From a phage, in the sequence record OZ335962.1: DNA of 64,000 bases. One strand, given 5' to 3'. The position numbers were made by a program, and so were the translations under genes. Positions 30,418 through 39,287 of this stretch are shown in pieces. The notes under the pieces were generated by a model. It was given only the letters and a program-made list of their open reading frames with translations, searched no databases and was not told the origin of the DNA. Every line of letters begins with the position of its first letter. Within the stretch, counting starts at the first letter, position 1.

Positions 30418-30875
30418 TCAGCCTTATATTCAATAACAGGACATACTTTAGCTTTACGCGCTTTTAAAAATTCGACGATAATAGATTTCTTGGGTTGAAT
30501 AGGAGGTAAACCTTTATACGCCCTATCAATATTTTCTACATGTAAAGCATAATCCTTTTTCCATTTATAATCTTTATATTTTTCATGCAGTTGTGCAGGA
30601 ATAACAAATGAACCAATAATAAGTAAAACAAGCAAAATGGCAAGTATAAATGCTGATGGAATAAGAGTCCATAAACTACCAAAAATAAGCCATTTCTGTA
30701 TGATTTCTGCACAGATAATAGTTAGACCTGCGAGTATAGTACATCCGAAAAAAGAAACGAAAAATGCAGGGATAACAATAGACCAAAAATATGCACAAAG
30801 TGTCTTAGGTCGTTTCCATTCGTCGTTAAACATTTTGAATAATTTATAATGCCAAGAGTTTTCATTAATAATCAT
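30414..30875 (-). CDS. hypothetical membrane protein
   Basis: 153 aa with 2-3 predicted transmembrane helices. Confidence 0.5.
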   Translation of the reverse strand: MIINENSWHYKLFKMFNDEWKRPKTLCAYFWSIVIPAFFVSFFGCTILAGLTIICAEIIQKWLIFGSLWTLIPSAFILAILLVLLIIGSFVIPAQLHEKYKDYKWKKDYALHVENIDRAYKGLPPIQPKKSIIVEFLKARKAKVCPVIEYKAE

Positions 30876-30877
30876 AA

Positions 30878-31399
30878 TTATCCTTTCATTGAAGGTGTAA
30901 CAGTTGTTAAATACTTAATCATAGCTTCAGCTTCTGATTTTGATAATGAAATTTCTCCATTATTTTGACGAATAGAAATAAAATCCGGATGACGGTCACC
31001 ACCAGCTTTTAAAACACACATATAAGTATCAGTTTCATCTTCAATATTTGAAATGATTGAAGCAGTTCCACATGAATGTGGTTTTTGATAAACTAATACA
31101 GCTTTTCTTCCACCGTTTGACTGTTCATAAACTTTTAATACATCAAACAAATCACTTCTTTTATCAATAGCTAAGATGTTGTTTTCATCTTCAATGTTAA
31201 ATCCTTCGGATACTTCATAAAGTGTCACCCATAAATCGCCAATATCAATAACAGCGTTCACTTTTCCATGACTTTCAAGAGCATGACAAATTTTCTTGAT
31301 TTCATCATAACTCATTTTAATAATATCATCTCCTTGAATAAGAAAGATGTCATTTTTAAATTCAACACGAATTAAACCGCTTTCACTTGAAATAAACAT
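30878..31399 (-). CDS. hypothetical protein, paralog of the next ORF
   Basis: 173 aa; C-terminal EAEAMIKYLTTVTPSM resembles EAIALKTYLDSVIPTM of the upstream ORF. Confidence 0.5.
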   Translation of the reverse strand: MFISSESGLIRVEFKNDIFLIQGDDIIKMSYDEIKKICHALESHGKVNAVIDIGDLWVTLYEVSEGFNIEDENNILAIDKRSDLFDVLKVYEQSNGGRKAVLVYQKPHSCGTASIISNIEDETDTYMCVLKAGGDRHPDFISIRQNNGEISLSKSEAEAMIKYLTTVTPSMKG

Positions 31400-31405
31400 A
31401 TTTCC

Positions 31406-31963
31406 TCACTTTGAAATCATAGTTGGAATGACAGAATCAAGATAAGTCTTTAGCGCAATAGCTTCGTCTTTGGTAAATGTGACAATATGTGATCGAAAAT
31501 CATCAATTTGACGAATAGTTAAGACATCTCCATCTTCATAACATTTTGATAAATTTAAAACAGTTTCATCATTTTGATTGCAAGCGTTAGTAATAATAGC
31601 ATTGCAATTTTTGAGCCATTTTAAACTATGTTTTCTTTCATTAGAATAATAAAAATATTTAATCTTATCTATAAAACTATCCCAATGGATAACTGATAAA
31701 CACATTGACTCACTTTTAATATTAAATCCTGGGCATGAAGAATAAAAATGAATTTTGTGCTCATCATTGATGCTTACTATTTTATCAGTATAAGGATATT
31801 CAATTTGGGTTAAATGAATGATTTCACTAGGCGTAAAATATAGCATATCGTCTTCTTGTGTCAAACGATACATATTATTTACTTTTTCTATAGCTAATTC
31901 ACCAAAAAGCGGACTAACTTCTAATACTAATCGTTTCATATTGATTCTCTTCGACTCACTCAC
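31406..31963 (-). CDS. hypothetical protein, paralog of the previous ORF
   Basis: 185 aa; shared C-terminal motif with ORF 30878-31399. Confidence 0.5.
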   Translation of the reverse strand: MSESKRINMKRLVLEVSPLFGELAIEKVNNMYRLTQEDDMLYFTPSEIIHLTQIEYPYTDKIVSINDEHKIHFYSSCPGFNIKSESMCLSVIHWDSFIDKIKYFYYSNERKHSLKWLKNCNAIITNACNQNDETVLNLSKCYEDGDVLTIRQIDDFRSHIVTFTKDEAIALKTYLDSVIPTMISK

Positions 31964-32100
31964 AATTACATACTCCTTTGAATAATATCAATAATGTTGT
32001 TCACCAGATTATAAGTAAACATTGGATAATTATATTGAATCATCACATACACAACAAACAAAACTTTCATTCTCTTCTCCTTGGCAGTTGACAAGATTAC

Positions 32101-32119
32101 TATATCATAACCTTGCCAA
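32101..32119 (-). promoter_or_regulatory. early-type sigma70 promoter
   Basis: GTTTAC -35 and TATAGT -10 in a 330-bp intergenic region. Confidence 0.4.
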
Positions 32120-32293
32120 CTTGTAAACCATTAAATGACGTTTTCAATAAAATTCTGAAGCTTTGTGTGAGCATCAACCATGATTTTCATTTCTTCCTTT
32201 GCGAAAGCTGTACCTCTTTCCCTAGCAGAATACTCATAGTCAGAAACTGCGTTAGCATATTCTTCAATTAGCTTCATTAAAAACATCTGCTTT

Positions 32294-32488
32294 TCAGTTT
32301 TCATTATTCCACCTAATCATTTCAAGATATTGAACTAACTTAGCTTTGGATTTATCCAAATCCTTTTTAGCTGCTTCTATACCATCGTATGAGTATCCTT
32401 CACAATGCTCAACTGCTAATTGATATGAATCTATTTCAACATCACGTGCTAATTTAATAATTTTTTCAAACTGTTCACGTGTTAGCAT
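32294..32488 (-). CDS. hypothetical protein
   Basis: 64-aa ORF. Confidence 0.4.
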   Translation of the reverse strand: MLTREQFEKIIKLARDVEIDSYQLAVEHCEGYSYDGIEAAKKDLDKSKAKLVQYLEMIRWNNEN

Positions 32489-32490
32489 AC

Positions 32491-32730
32491 TTAAACTCTC
32501 GTATTATGATCGATAATTTCATCAAGAAACATATCTAAAGCTTCTACAGCATTATCAACTTTAGCTTCAAATTTTTCAATACCTTTATTTGCAATGCCTG
32601 CCGAAAACCAAGCAAAGTCACTAAGTTCCTCATCTGCTTTGCGAATTAAAGCTACCAATTCTTTAATTTTATCTGCTTGTTCAATTCTAGTCATTATTCC
32701 ACCACATATGAAAGAGAGAATATTGCACAC
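32491..32730 (-). CDS. hypothetical protein
   Basis: 79-aa ORF. Confidence 0.4.
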   Translation of the reverse strand: MCNILSFICGGIMTRIEQADKIKELVALIRKADEELSDFAWFSAGIANKGIEKFEAKVDNAVEALDMFLDEIIDHNTRV

Positions 32731-32882
32731 GCCATATGAGTTGCAGCTTCATCACACATATCATAACGTTTCTTAAGAAGTTCTACAAGTTCTTCACTAG
32801 TAACTTCATCCATGTCGACGAAAAAATCACCATTAATGATGACATAGATATTTCCTTCTTGATTGAGTGCTTCAATTTTCAT
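32694..32882 (-). CDS. hypothetical protein
   Basis: Likely start ATG 32882 ([10 protein letters not shown]...) with GAGGAGA RBS just downstream of an early-type promoter. Confidence 0.45.
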   Translation of the reverse strand: MKIEALNQEGNIYVIINGDFFVDMDEVTSEELVELLKKRYDMCDEAATHMACAIFSLSYVVE

Positions 32883-32910
32883 GATGTTCTCCTCTTTATC
32901 CGATGGTTGT

Positions 32911-32940
32911 ATAGTATCACAGCTCAAATTGAAAGTAAAC
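32911..32940 (-). promoter_or_regulatory. early-type sigma70 promoter
   Basis: GTTTAC -35, 18 bp, TGATACTAT; between a terminator and ORF 32694-32882. Confidence 0.55.
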
Positions 32941-32944
32941 CGGT

Positions 32945-32972
32945 AAAATGAAAAAAGTCTCCCGAAGGAGAC
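32945..32972 (-). terminator. intrinsic terminator
   Basis: GUCUCC-UUCG-GGAGAC hairpin followed by TTTTTTC. Confidence 0.7.
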
Positions 32973-32977
32973 TAATG

Positions 32978-33364
32978 TTATTCGAGGGAAAGAAGATATT
33001 TACTCTGGTAAAACATCCCAGTGATATCATCTATCGTGCTTTGAATGGCTGGAGGCATTTCTTTATAAATGCTGTTAGATTGATCTAGTATGTGATCAAT
33101 CATTTTAATTGTATCGGTAGGAAGTTTACTGGCGTCTGGAATAGAAGGCGTGTATTTTCTACCAGAATACCCTAAATATTGCTCACCAAATTTATCAATC
33201 AAATCTGGCAATTCAGAGAAAATAAAATCGTATGCTTTGTGTCTAGCATAACTTTTAGTTTCAAAATGTGCAGAATGAAAATAAGCTTGTGCAGCCATTA
33301 ATAAACCTAAGTATTCATCTGCCTTTGAAGGTTTTCCACTTTGTGAAAAGTCGCTGAATTTCAT
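32978..33364 (-). CDS. hypothetical protein (rI.-1 position)
   Basis: 128-aa ORF downstream of rI, followed by a UUCG-loop terminator. Confidence 0.5.
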   Translation of the reverse strand: MKFSDFSQSGKPSKADEYLGLLMAAQAYFHSAHFETKSYARHKAYDFIFSELPDLIDKFGEQYLGYSGRKYTPSIPDASKLPTDTIKMIDHILDQSNSIYKEMPPAIQSTIDDITGMFYQSKYLLSLE

Positions 33365-33654
33365 TCAGTCTCCAATTTAATGTTCATAATTCTAGCGTAT
33401 GATTGTGCCATCTCCGCGCCTCGCTCTATACATTCAAAATCGGAAGAGCACGGGTCATTTTTATAAGTCGTTCGCATAAAACTATAGAACTGTTCAGATG
33501 ATTCTACGCTTTTATTTTCAAAAAGCATATAAACGTGTCTAATACCAGATTCCATAAATTTATCAAAATGAGGATCGACATTCGCTTCAATTGGTGGAGA
33601 TAAAGCAAACGCTAATCCTAGCATGGCAAATAGTGCCGTTGCTTTTAAGGCCAT
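33361..33654 (-). CDS. rI: lysis inhibition regulator rI
   Basis: 97 aa as in T4 RI; N-terminal signal-anchor MALKATALFAMLGLAFA; located upstream of tk as in T4. Confidence 0.8.
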   Translation of the reverse strand: MALKATALFAMLGLAFALSPPIEANVDPHFDKFMESGIRHVYMLFENKSVESSEQFYSFMRTTYKNDPCSSDFECIERGAEMAQSYARIMNIKLETE

Positions 33655-33666
33655 AAAGGCCTCCTA

Positions 33667-33879
33667 TCATTTTTGTCCTGTATTTACTTTATGCCGATGC
33701 ACGGCCTTAACTTTATCAAGGTATTTTTCAAAATTTCGCAATCTAGTATAGTCTGCCGGAGATTGGTTGAGTGATACTTCTCGACGCAAAGCTGAAATGA
33801 TATTTCCAACTTCCCTACGAATTTCATCTAATTGAAGAACAGTAAGATTGCGAAGTTGCTTTTCAGTTAATTGTAGCAT
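33667..33879 (-). CDS. hypothetical protein (rI.1 position)
   Basis: 70-aa ORF between tk and rI. Confidence 0.45.
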
Positions 33880-33921
33880 ATATACCCCTTTAGTTAGATA
33901 AACCTATTTATAACTTTTGCA

Positions 33922-34503
33922 CTAACCGAGCTTTTTAGTTAATTCATTCCAATGTTTTCTACACAAAGAAACATAAATTTCATCACCAATACAGATTTGA
34001 TTACCTTCTTTAACCGGTGTTCCATCTTCCATTAATCGAGCTGTCATAATAGCCTTTTTACCACAATGACAAACTGCCTTTAGTTCAATAAGTTTATCTG
34101 CAATCGCCAAAAGTTCTTTAGAACCTTCAAATAATTTTCCAGCGAAATCAGTCCTTAGTCCATAAGCCATAACAGGAACACTATATGTATCAACAATTCG
34201 GCTTAATTGATGCACCTGTTTAGTTTTTAAAAACTGGGCTTCATCTACAAATACACAATGAATATCTTTTTGTGCTTCAGCCCATTTATAGAACTCAAAA
34301 ATATCCATATCATCCGTAATAATATTCGCTTCCTGCTTAATTCCAATGCGAGAAACGACTTCACAGACAGAATCACGAGTATCAATAGCAGGCTTAAGAA
34401 CTAATACACCCATTCCGCGTTCTTTATAATTATGTGCAGCAGTCAAAAGAGAAGCAGATTTTCCAGCATTCATTGCTGCGTAAGTAAAAATTAAACTCGC
34501 CAT
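33922..34503 (-). CDS. tk: thymidine kinase
   Basis: 193 aa as in T4 Tk; P-loop NAGKSASLL and C-terminal zinc-binding cysteines. Confidence 0.9.
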   Translation of the reverse strand: MASLIFTYAAMNAGKSASLLTAAHNYKERGMGVLVLKPAIDTRDSVCEVVSRIGIKQEANIITDDMDIFEFYKWAEAQKDIHCVFVDEAQFLKTKQVHQLSRIVDTYSVPVMAYGLRTDFAGKLFEGSKELLAIADKLIELKAVCHCGKKAIMTARLMEDGTPVKEGNQICIGDEIYVSLCRKHWNELTKKLG

Positions 34504-34512
34504 ATCACCTTC

Positions 34513-34698
34513 TTAAAGCGTATTCACATAAGCTATTAATTCGTTTTCTTTCTTATCAAACCGATCAGCAAATTCTTCTTGCTGATCGGGAGATAGCGGG
34601 CCGTATTCATCATAAAAGGTGTTTGCTTCTGTATGCTCATCTAGAAGTTCATGGATAAGCTCAAACAATTTATCTTTTTGTTCTTTACTCAGACTCAT
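34513..34698 (-). CDS. hypothetical protein
   Basis: 61-aa acidic ORF. Confidence 0.4.
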   Translation of the reverse strand: MSLSKEQKDKLFELIHELLDEHTEANTFYDEYGPLSPDQQEEFADRFDKKENELIAYVNTL

Positions 34699-34868
34699 AT
34701 ATTAATTTCCAGGAGTTTTAAAATAATTCGCTTTTGCTTAAATATTTCCATAGTTAAATGACCAGTATCTTTTTGACCGATTCCAATGGCAAAACCTTTA
34801 TTGACAGCGAGTTCAATTAAATTATCAAGCTCACGTAACACTTCATATTGTAACTCAAAACTATTCAT
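34696..34868 (-). CDS. small protein (57 aa)
   Basis: Below track cutoff; start and stop overlap neighbours in ATGA-type coupling. Confidence 0.35.
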
Positions 34869-35092
34869 TTCGGTTTACCTTCTTTAACGAAATCGGGATA
34901 AGGATAAAATCCTGAATAAAATCCTTCACCTTTATGATTGATGCATCCTTTATTAGAACAATAGCACCAATAATCGAAATCACAAGCCATTTCATCATTA
35001 CATAAAGCAAAAACAACTGGCCATTCACACTTTTCGCAGTGGGCATTTTTAAGAATACTTGTTTGGCTCATAACCATGTAACCTTTAAACAA
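34865..35092 (-). CDS. cysteine-rich putative zinc-binding protein
   Basis: 75 aa with CxxC and multiple further cysteines. Confidence 0.45.
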   Translation of the reverse strand: MFKGYMVMSQTSILKNAHCEKCEWPVVFALCNDEMACDFDYWCYCSNKGCINHKGEGFYSGFYPYPDFVKEGKPK

Positions 35093-35280
35093 TATTCTTC
35101 TACGTGTTGTTTACGACCTTTCTTATCAATAAAGGTATATTCAACGAATGTTCCAATATAGTCTTTATCTACACCATGTGGACTATTAATTGGGCATTTA
35201 GTACGGCAAATGCGTTCCCATTGACGAATAATTTCCACTTTGTTTTTAGGATCAAACGGATGCGGGTAATGTACTTTCAT
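35068..35280 (-). CDS. hypothetical protein
   Basis: 70-aa ORF. Confidence 0.4.
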   Translation of the reverse strand: MKVHYPHPFDPKNKVEIIRQWERICRTKCPINSPHGVDKDYIGTFVEYTFIDKKGRKQHVEEYCLKVTWL

Positions 35281-35731
35281 AATCCATCACTATTAAATCA
35301 ATATCAGGAGTAAACATGTCGATTAATTTAGAAACCTTATCCCAATCGCCGCCAGCAATACCGCAACCTATACGTGGAATGTAAATTACTGGTTTAAACA
35401 AAAGGGTTTCTGCCTGTAGATTTAATTCTATCATGCAGTTTACTAAAGCACCATAATCAAGATTAGGACCCGGTTCGTATTGTGTATACAGGTTATAGCA
35501 TATACCAAATCCCGTAGGGCTATGTTTAAAAACAATAGACATATCGCCTAATTTATCACGAGAACCGTACTCGGTAGTGGTTTTATCTATTTCTAAAATT
35601 TTGGGATAGGCTCTTGCTAATTGACCCGCTACGCCAGAGCCCATTGTGTGGAAGCAATTGCACCCGTGCGCAATAATATTACCTTGAAGAAATAGGGCGA
35701 CAATATCGCCCTTGATATATTTTACAATCAT
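35252..35731 (-). CDS. macro-domain-like protein (putative ADP-ribose binding/hydrolase)
   Basis: 159 aa; glycine-rich motifs HTMGSGVAGQLARAYP and IPRIGCGIAGGDWD resemble macro-domain signatures (by eye only). Confidence 0.5.
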   Translation of the reverse strand: MIVKYIKGDIVALFLQGNIIAHGCNCFHTMGSGVAGQLARAYPKILEIDKTTTEYGSRDKLGDMSIVFKHSPTGFGICYNLYTQYEPGPNLDYGALVNCMIELNLQAETLLFKPVIYIPRIGCGIAGGDWDKVSKLIDMFTPDIDLIVMDYESTLPASV

Positions 35732-36075
35732 CTAGTACTCAATCCTCGATTATAAGAATCTACTAAACGGTCAACCATTGAATGACAAGCGGCTTTATCT
35801 TTCTCCTCCGCAACTGAACATTCTAAAGTATTCCACTTTTTAGCATATCGTTTTAACAATGTATCATTTTTGTATCTGCTTGATTTATCTCTTTCTCCGT
35901 CTTTATATGCATATATTAATTTCTGCGCAAATTCAGCTTGGCATGCTTTATTTTTCCCACAATAATCCGCGGCAGTACGGTTTACATACTCTCTAATTTC
36001 AGTATATGATGTATCTGCTAACGCAGAAGCAGAAAATGAAATTAATCCTATACATAAAACCAAAATTTTAGTCAT
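35728..36075 (-). CDS. vs: valyl-tRNA synthetase modifier Vs
   Basis: 115 aa as in T4 Vs; N-terminal signal peptide; position upstream of tk block. Confidence 0.6.
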   Translation of the reverse strand: MTKILVLCIGLISFSASALADTSYTEIREYVNRTAADYCGKNKACQAEFAQKLIYAYKDGERDKSSRYKNDTLLKRYAKKWNTLECSVAEEKDKAACHSMVDRLVDSYNRGLSTR

Positions 36076-36613
36076 TTACTATTTCCAAAAGTTTATTATT
36101 TTTAAGGTAATTAGCCTTTTCTAGGACTTCAGAAGCATATTTAGAACCTGCTTTAACATTCCATCCCGAATTATAAGAGGATATCGCCTTTCTTATATCG
36201 CCCTTATGTATATTTAACCAATAAGAAAGTTCAATGTACGCCCAGGAAGCTGAATTGGACCGTTTATTCAACATTCTTTTTATTTCAGCATCGGTCATAT
36301 TATAACCAAGTTCCTTAACTCTTGCTCGCATAGTAGGCAAATAATTTTGGAACATTCCATAGGCATGATGCTTTGGTTTAGATTTTAAATTAACTCCGGC
36401 AGAGCTTTCTTGCCATAAAATAGCAGCCATTATATGACCTAATCCGCTCTTGTGGATATTTTTGTGTGTTTTATATTTTCCATCCTTAGAAAATTGTTCC
36501 CCGAATTGATACGCGTAACGCATGTTATCGAGTTGGACATTACTGAAAGTATGCTCGGAGCTATGCGCCATCATTGAAATGGCCAATAGACCAGCGAGTA
36601 GTGCTTTTCTCAT
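36068..36613 (-). CDS. lytic transglycosylase-like protein
   Basis: 181 aa with signal peptide and Slt-type motifs (ES...GMFQ...YN); T4 vs.1 position. Confidence 0.6.
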   Translation of the reverse strand: MRKALLAGLLAISMMAHSSEHTFSNVQLDNMRYAYQFGEQFSKDGKYKTHKNIHKSGLGHIMAAILWQESSAGVNLKSKPKHHAYGMFQNYLPTMRARVKELGYNMTDAEIKRMLNKRSNSASWAYIELSYWLNIHKGDIRKAISSYNSGWNVKAGSKYASEVLEKANYLKNNKLLEIVND

Positions 36614-36620
36614 GCTTACC

Positions 36621-37082
36621 TCATTGAGTTTTAATTACTGCTTTAGAAGCCTTTCCTGGTAAACGACGACTGTTGATAATTGCCATCCTGCATTGAAGCG
36701 ACGGGTCTTTGAACTTCGCATTAGGTTTACAAACTGTAAATCCAAGCCAAAGATTTCCATCTGTGATTTCTAAACGTCCAGGACGGTATTCAACCCCATC
36801 AATAAAATCCTCATCAATGTCAGGACGCGGAGGCATACTCAGGAATTCATTAACTTCTAAAACATGGTCTTTTATTTTGTGGAATAATTCAAAAACATAT
36901 GTCTCATCAATCTCCCGTTGAATTGCACGATCAAGAAGATGCTGAGAATATTTTAGATGAAACGATGAGACCCCTGCTGCTTTTGATGCCTCACGAATCT
37001 CATTGTTAATTTGACGAAACTCCGACTCAAAGTGACGACGAAGCTTATTTCGACGGATAAAAACTTCTGTGTTGATAGTCAT
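36621..37082 (-). CDS. regB: RegB site-specific endoribonuclease
   Basis: 153 aa as in T4 RegB; own early promoter with TGGTATAAT extended -10 directly upstream. Confidence 0.8.
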   Translation of the reverse strand: MTINTEVFIRRNKLRRHFESEFRQINNEIREASKAAGVSSFHLKYSQHLLDRAIQREIDETYVFELFHKIKDHVLEVNEFLSMPPRPDIDEDFIDGVEYRPGRLEITDGNLWLGFTVCKPNAKFKDPSLQCRMAIINSRRLPGKASKAVIKTQ

Positions 37083-37109
37083 GTTATTCTCCTCTTAACT
37101 GATAGAAAA

Positions 37110-37139
37110 ATTATACCACAGTCAAGAGGAAAAGTAAAC
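37110..37139 (-). promoter_or_regulatory. early promoter of regB
   Basis: GTTTAC -35, 18 bp, TGGTATAAT consensus extended -10, 28 bp upstream of regB ATG. Confidence 0.65.
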
Positions 37140-37141
37140 AG

Positions 37142-37420
37142 TTATTCTTTAAATCTAATCAATTTATTCATAGACTTTGAAACTTCTGCACGGACCTCAT
37201 GTAGGTTTTTAAGCTGTTCAAGACGCTGCTCATAGTAAGCAATTTCATCTTCTTCGAGACAGTCCTGTGAATCTTCTTTAAGATAACGTGCATAGTCCTG
37301 GAAAGCTTTACGGACTACTTCTTGGAAGTCATCAAGACTTTGAATTTTCTTAGGAGCAACAGATACACGACGAGGGGCAGTATAATACTCATAACCAAAC
37401 CCTGCGCTTAATTGAGCCAT
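37142..37420 (-). CDS. hypothetical protein
   Basis: Likely start ATG 37420 ([13 protein letters not shown]...) with GAGGAAA RBS. Confidence 0.45.
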   Translation of the reverse strand: MAQLSAGFGYEYYTAPRRVSVAPKKIQSLDDFQEVVRKAFQDYARYLKEDSQDCLEEDEIAYYEQRLEQLKNLHEVRAEVSKSMNKLIRFKE

Positions 37421-37686
37421 TAATATTTTTCCTCTGGTTGGAACACAGCACGACAAGCCCACATACTAGCTTCTTTGAGTTTCGTTTTAGCAATAGTTAA
37501 CTGATCGAGGCTTTCAGCATAATTCTTTGCGAATTCGTAGTCTTCACAATTATCTAGTGCTTCCCAGAATTCATCATATAAAGCGTCAAAGATAAGTCCT
37601 AAACGAACTTCAGCGTCTTTGATAGCATTCACTTTATCGATTTTCTCTTCAGTGTGCGGCTTATAACCTTTAATATCTTCAATCAT
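37420..37686 (-). CDS. hypothetical protein
   Basis: Likely start ATG 37686 with GAGGAAG RBS. Confidence 0.45.
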   Translation of the reverse strand: MIEDIKGYKPHTEEKIDKVNAIKDAEVRLGLIFDALYDEFWEALDNCEDYEFAKNYAESLDQLTIAKTKLKEASMWACRAVFQPEEKY

Positions 37687-37900
37687 ATTTGACTTCCTCG
37701 CCCGTTCCCAAATCATATTCAACTAAACGAATAGGTTCATGAATGCCATATCCCTGAACAGAAATTTCTGTCGTAGGATAAATTCCACTAATATCACCCA
37801 TATTCCACGCTTCATTAAATTGCTGTTCGCCTGAATTACTAAACCATTCTGCGAAAGCATTTAACACATCTTTAGAACCTTCAATAATTATCTTTGCCAT
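37679..37900 (-). CDS. hypothetical protein
   Basis: 73-aa ORF immediately downstream of the glycyl-radical cofactor gene. Confidence 0.45.
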   Translation of the reverse strand: MAKIIIEGSKDVLNAFAEWFSNSGEQQFNEAWNMGDISGIYPTTEISVQGYGIHEPIRLVEYDLGTGEEVKYD

Positions 37901-38262
37901 TACAAGCTCTCAGTAAAGGTACGAGCGATAACGTCGCGCTGCTGTTCCGGAGTCAGAGAGTTAAAGCGAACTGCATAACCGGATACACGGATGGTCAGCT
38001 GCGGATATTTTTCCGGATGCTTAACTGCATCTTCCAGAGTTTCACGACGCAGAACGTTAACGTTCAGGTGTTGACCACCCTCAATTTTAACTGTAGGTTG
38101 TGTTTCAATTTCAATTTCACGGGCATGCAAACCATAGAAAATTTCTGGGTCTACAAAAGAGTCCTCTTTAAAGGTTTTAGAGACAATAATTCGTGCTTGA
38201 ATACCATCTTCAAAATAAATAGTACCTCTATGTGTGCCTTCAAGAATTTGATATGCTTTCAT
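37900..38262 (-). CDS. autonomous glycyl radical cofactor (GrcA/YfiD-like)
   Basis: 120 aa; C-terminal glycyl radical motif [15 protein letters not shown]; T4 is known to encode a YfiD-like spare-part protein. Confidence 0.8.
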   Translation of the reverse strand: MKAYQILEGTHRGTIYFEDGIQARIIVSKTFKEDSFVDPEIFYGLHAREIEIETQPTVKIEGGQHLNVNVLRRETLEDAVKHPEKYPQLTIRVSGYAVRFNSLTPEQQRDVIARTFTESL

Positions 38263-38268
38263 ATAACC

Positions 38269-38598
38269 TCAATTAGAAAATAAATTTATCCAAGATTGTT
38301 CTTTAATTAAAAATGGCTCAGAATCATATGCCATTAAACTTTGTGTGATTAGTCCTTTAAAAGGCCCATCAATAAATTCCATAGTAAAATATGGAATTTT
38401 ATTCATTAGTCGTGCATTAGGAGCAGTGCACAAAACTCTGCATCCTTTGAATACGCCTTTTTGTAATTTGTACTGCTTAGGATAAAATTCGCTCAAGACG
38501 TTATTATTTGCCAAAATTTCAAAATGATTCACCAACTTATTTTTAATAGTTTTTGGTGAAAAATAAAGATATTCGAAAAGCTGTGTGTCTGTCATCAT
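38269..38598 (-). CDS. hypothetical protein
   Basis: ORF with probable internal ATG start (MMTDTQLF...). Confidence 0.4.
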   Translation of the reverse strand: MMTDTQLFEYLYFSPKTIKNKLVNHFEILANNNVLSEFYPKQYKLQKGVFKGCRVLCTAPNARLMNKIPYFTMEFIDGPFKGLITQSLMAYDSEPFLIKEQSWINLFSN

Positions 38599-39182
38599 TG
38601 CATTCCAATCACAAAAAATTGAGGACGAGTAATACCGCCAATGCAGCATTTACTGTTGCAGCAGTGTTGCACAGTTTCAATATGAATATCATAAATTTTA
38701 TCCATATCAGGAGATTTAACAGGCTCATCGATTATATACAAGATTCGAGAAAGCGATAAACCTCTGAACTTGCTACCTCTATTACCAATAAAACTACGGA
38801 CAGAATCGGTAAATAAGCGGAATCGGATATCATCGCTAGAATAACGAGAAAATTCTTTTTTAATGTGGCCTGCAGAAATTTTAGCGTAAGCTGAAGTGTT
38901 AGAAAGAACAATAACTGTTCCACCATCATACAGCCAATTAGCAGCAAAATTAGTCACAGCAGTTGATTTACCGGATTGACGTCCACCATCTAGTCGAAGT
39001 GTACAATACTGTTTGAGCAAGTCTTCAAATGGTAGGATATAATCGTTTTTACAAATTTCTTCTACTCTAGCATCAGAATGGTGTGTAAAAGCATTCATCA
39101 GGGATAGATAAGGACCAGTTAAAAATGTTCTCATTTTATTCTCTCTAAATTTGGGCCATTCCATGGCGCGTGAATTGTCCAT
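38595..39182 (-). CDS. putative P-loop NTPase
   Basis: 195 aa; Walker-A-like GGRQSGKST and hhhhDE-like ILYIIDEP. Confidence 0.45.
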   Translation of the reverse strand: MDNSRAMEWPKFRENKMRTFLTGPYLSLMNAFTHHSDARVEEICKNDYILPFEDLLKQYCTLRLDGGRQSGKSTAVTNFAANWLYDGGTVIVLSNTSAYAKISAGHIKKEFSRYSSDDIRFRLFTDSVRSFIGNRGSKFRGLSLSRILYIIDEPVKSPDMDKIYDIHIETVQHCCNSKCCIGGITRPQFFVIGMQ

Positions 39183-39287
39183 TTCTGTATTTACCCATTA
39201 CCGCACTTGGGCTCGACCTTATTACAGGTTGGCGGGAATCCCTCATAGAATCATGAAGTCCAGCTTGTTCCCATATTTCTTATTTGC

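Noticed and set aside
38595-39182. 195-aa ORF considered as internal protein III because of its size and position near denV/e
   Set aside because: It lacks the MKTYQEF-type capsid targeting sequence and instead carries a Walker-A-like motif; left as a putative P-loop NTPase.
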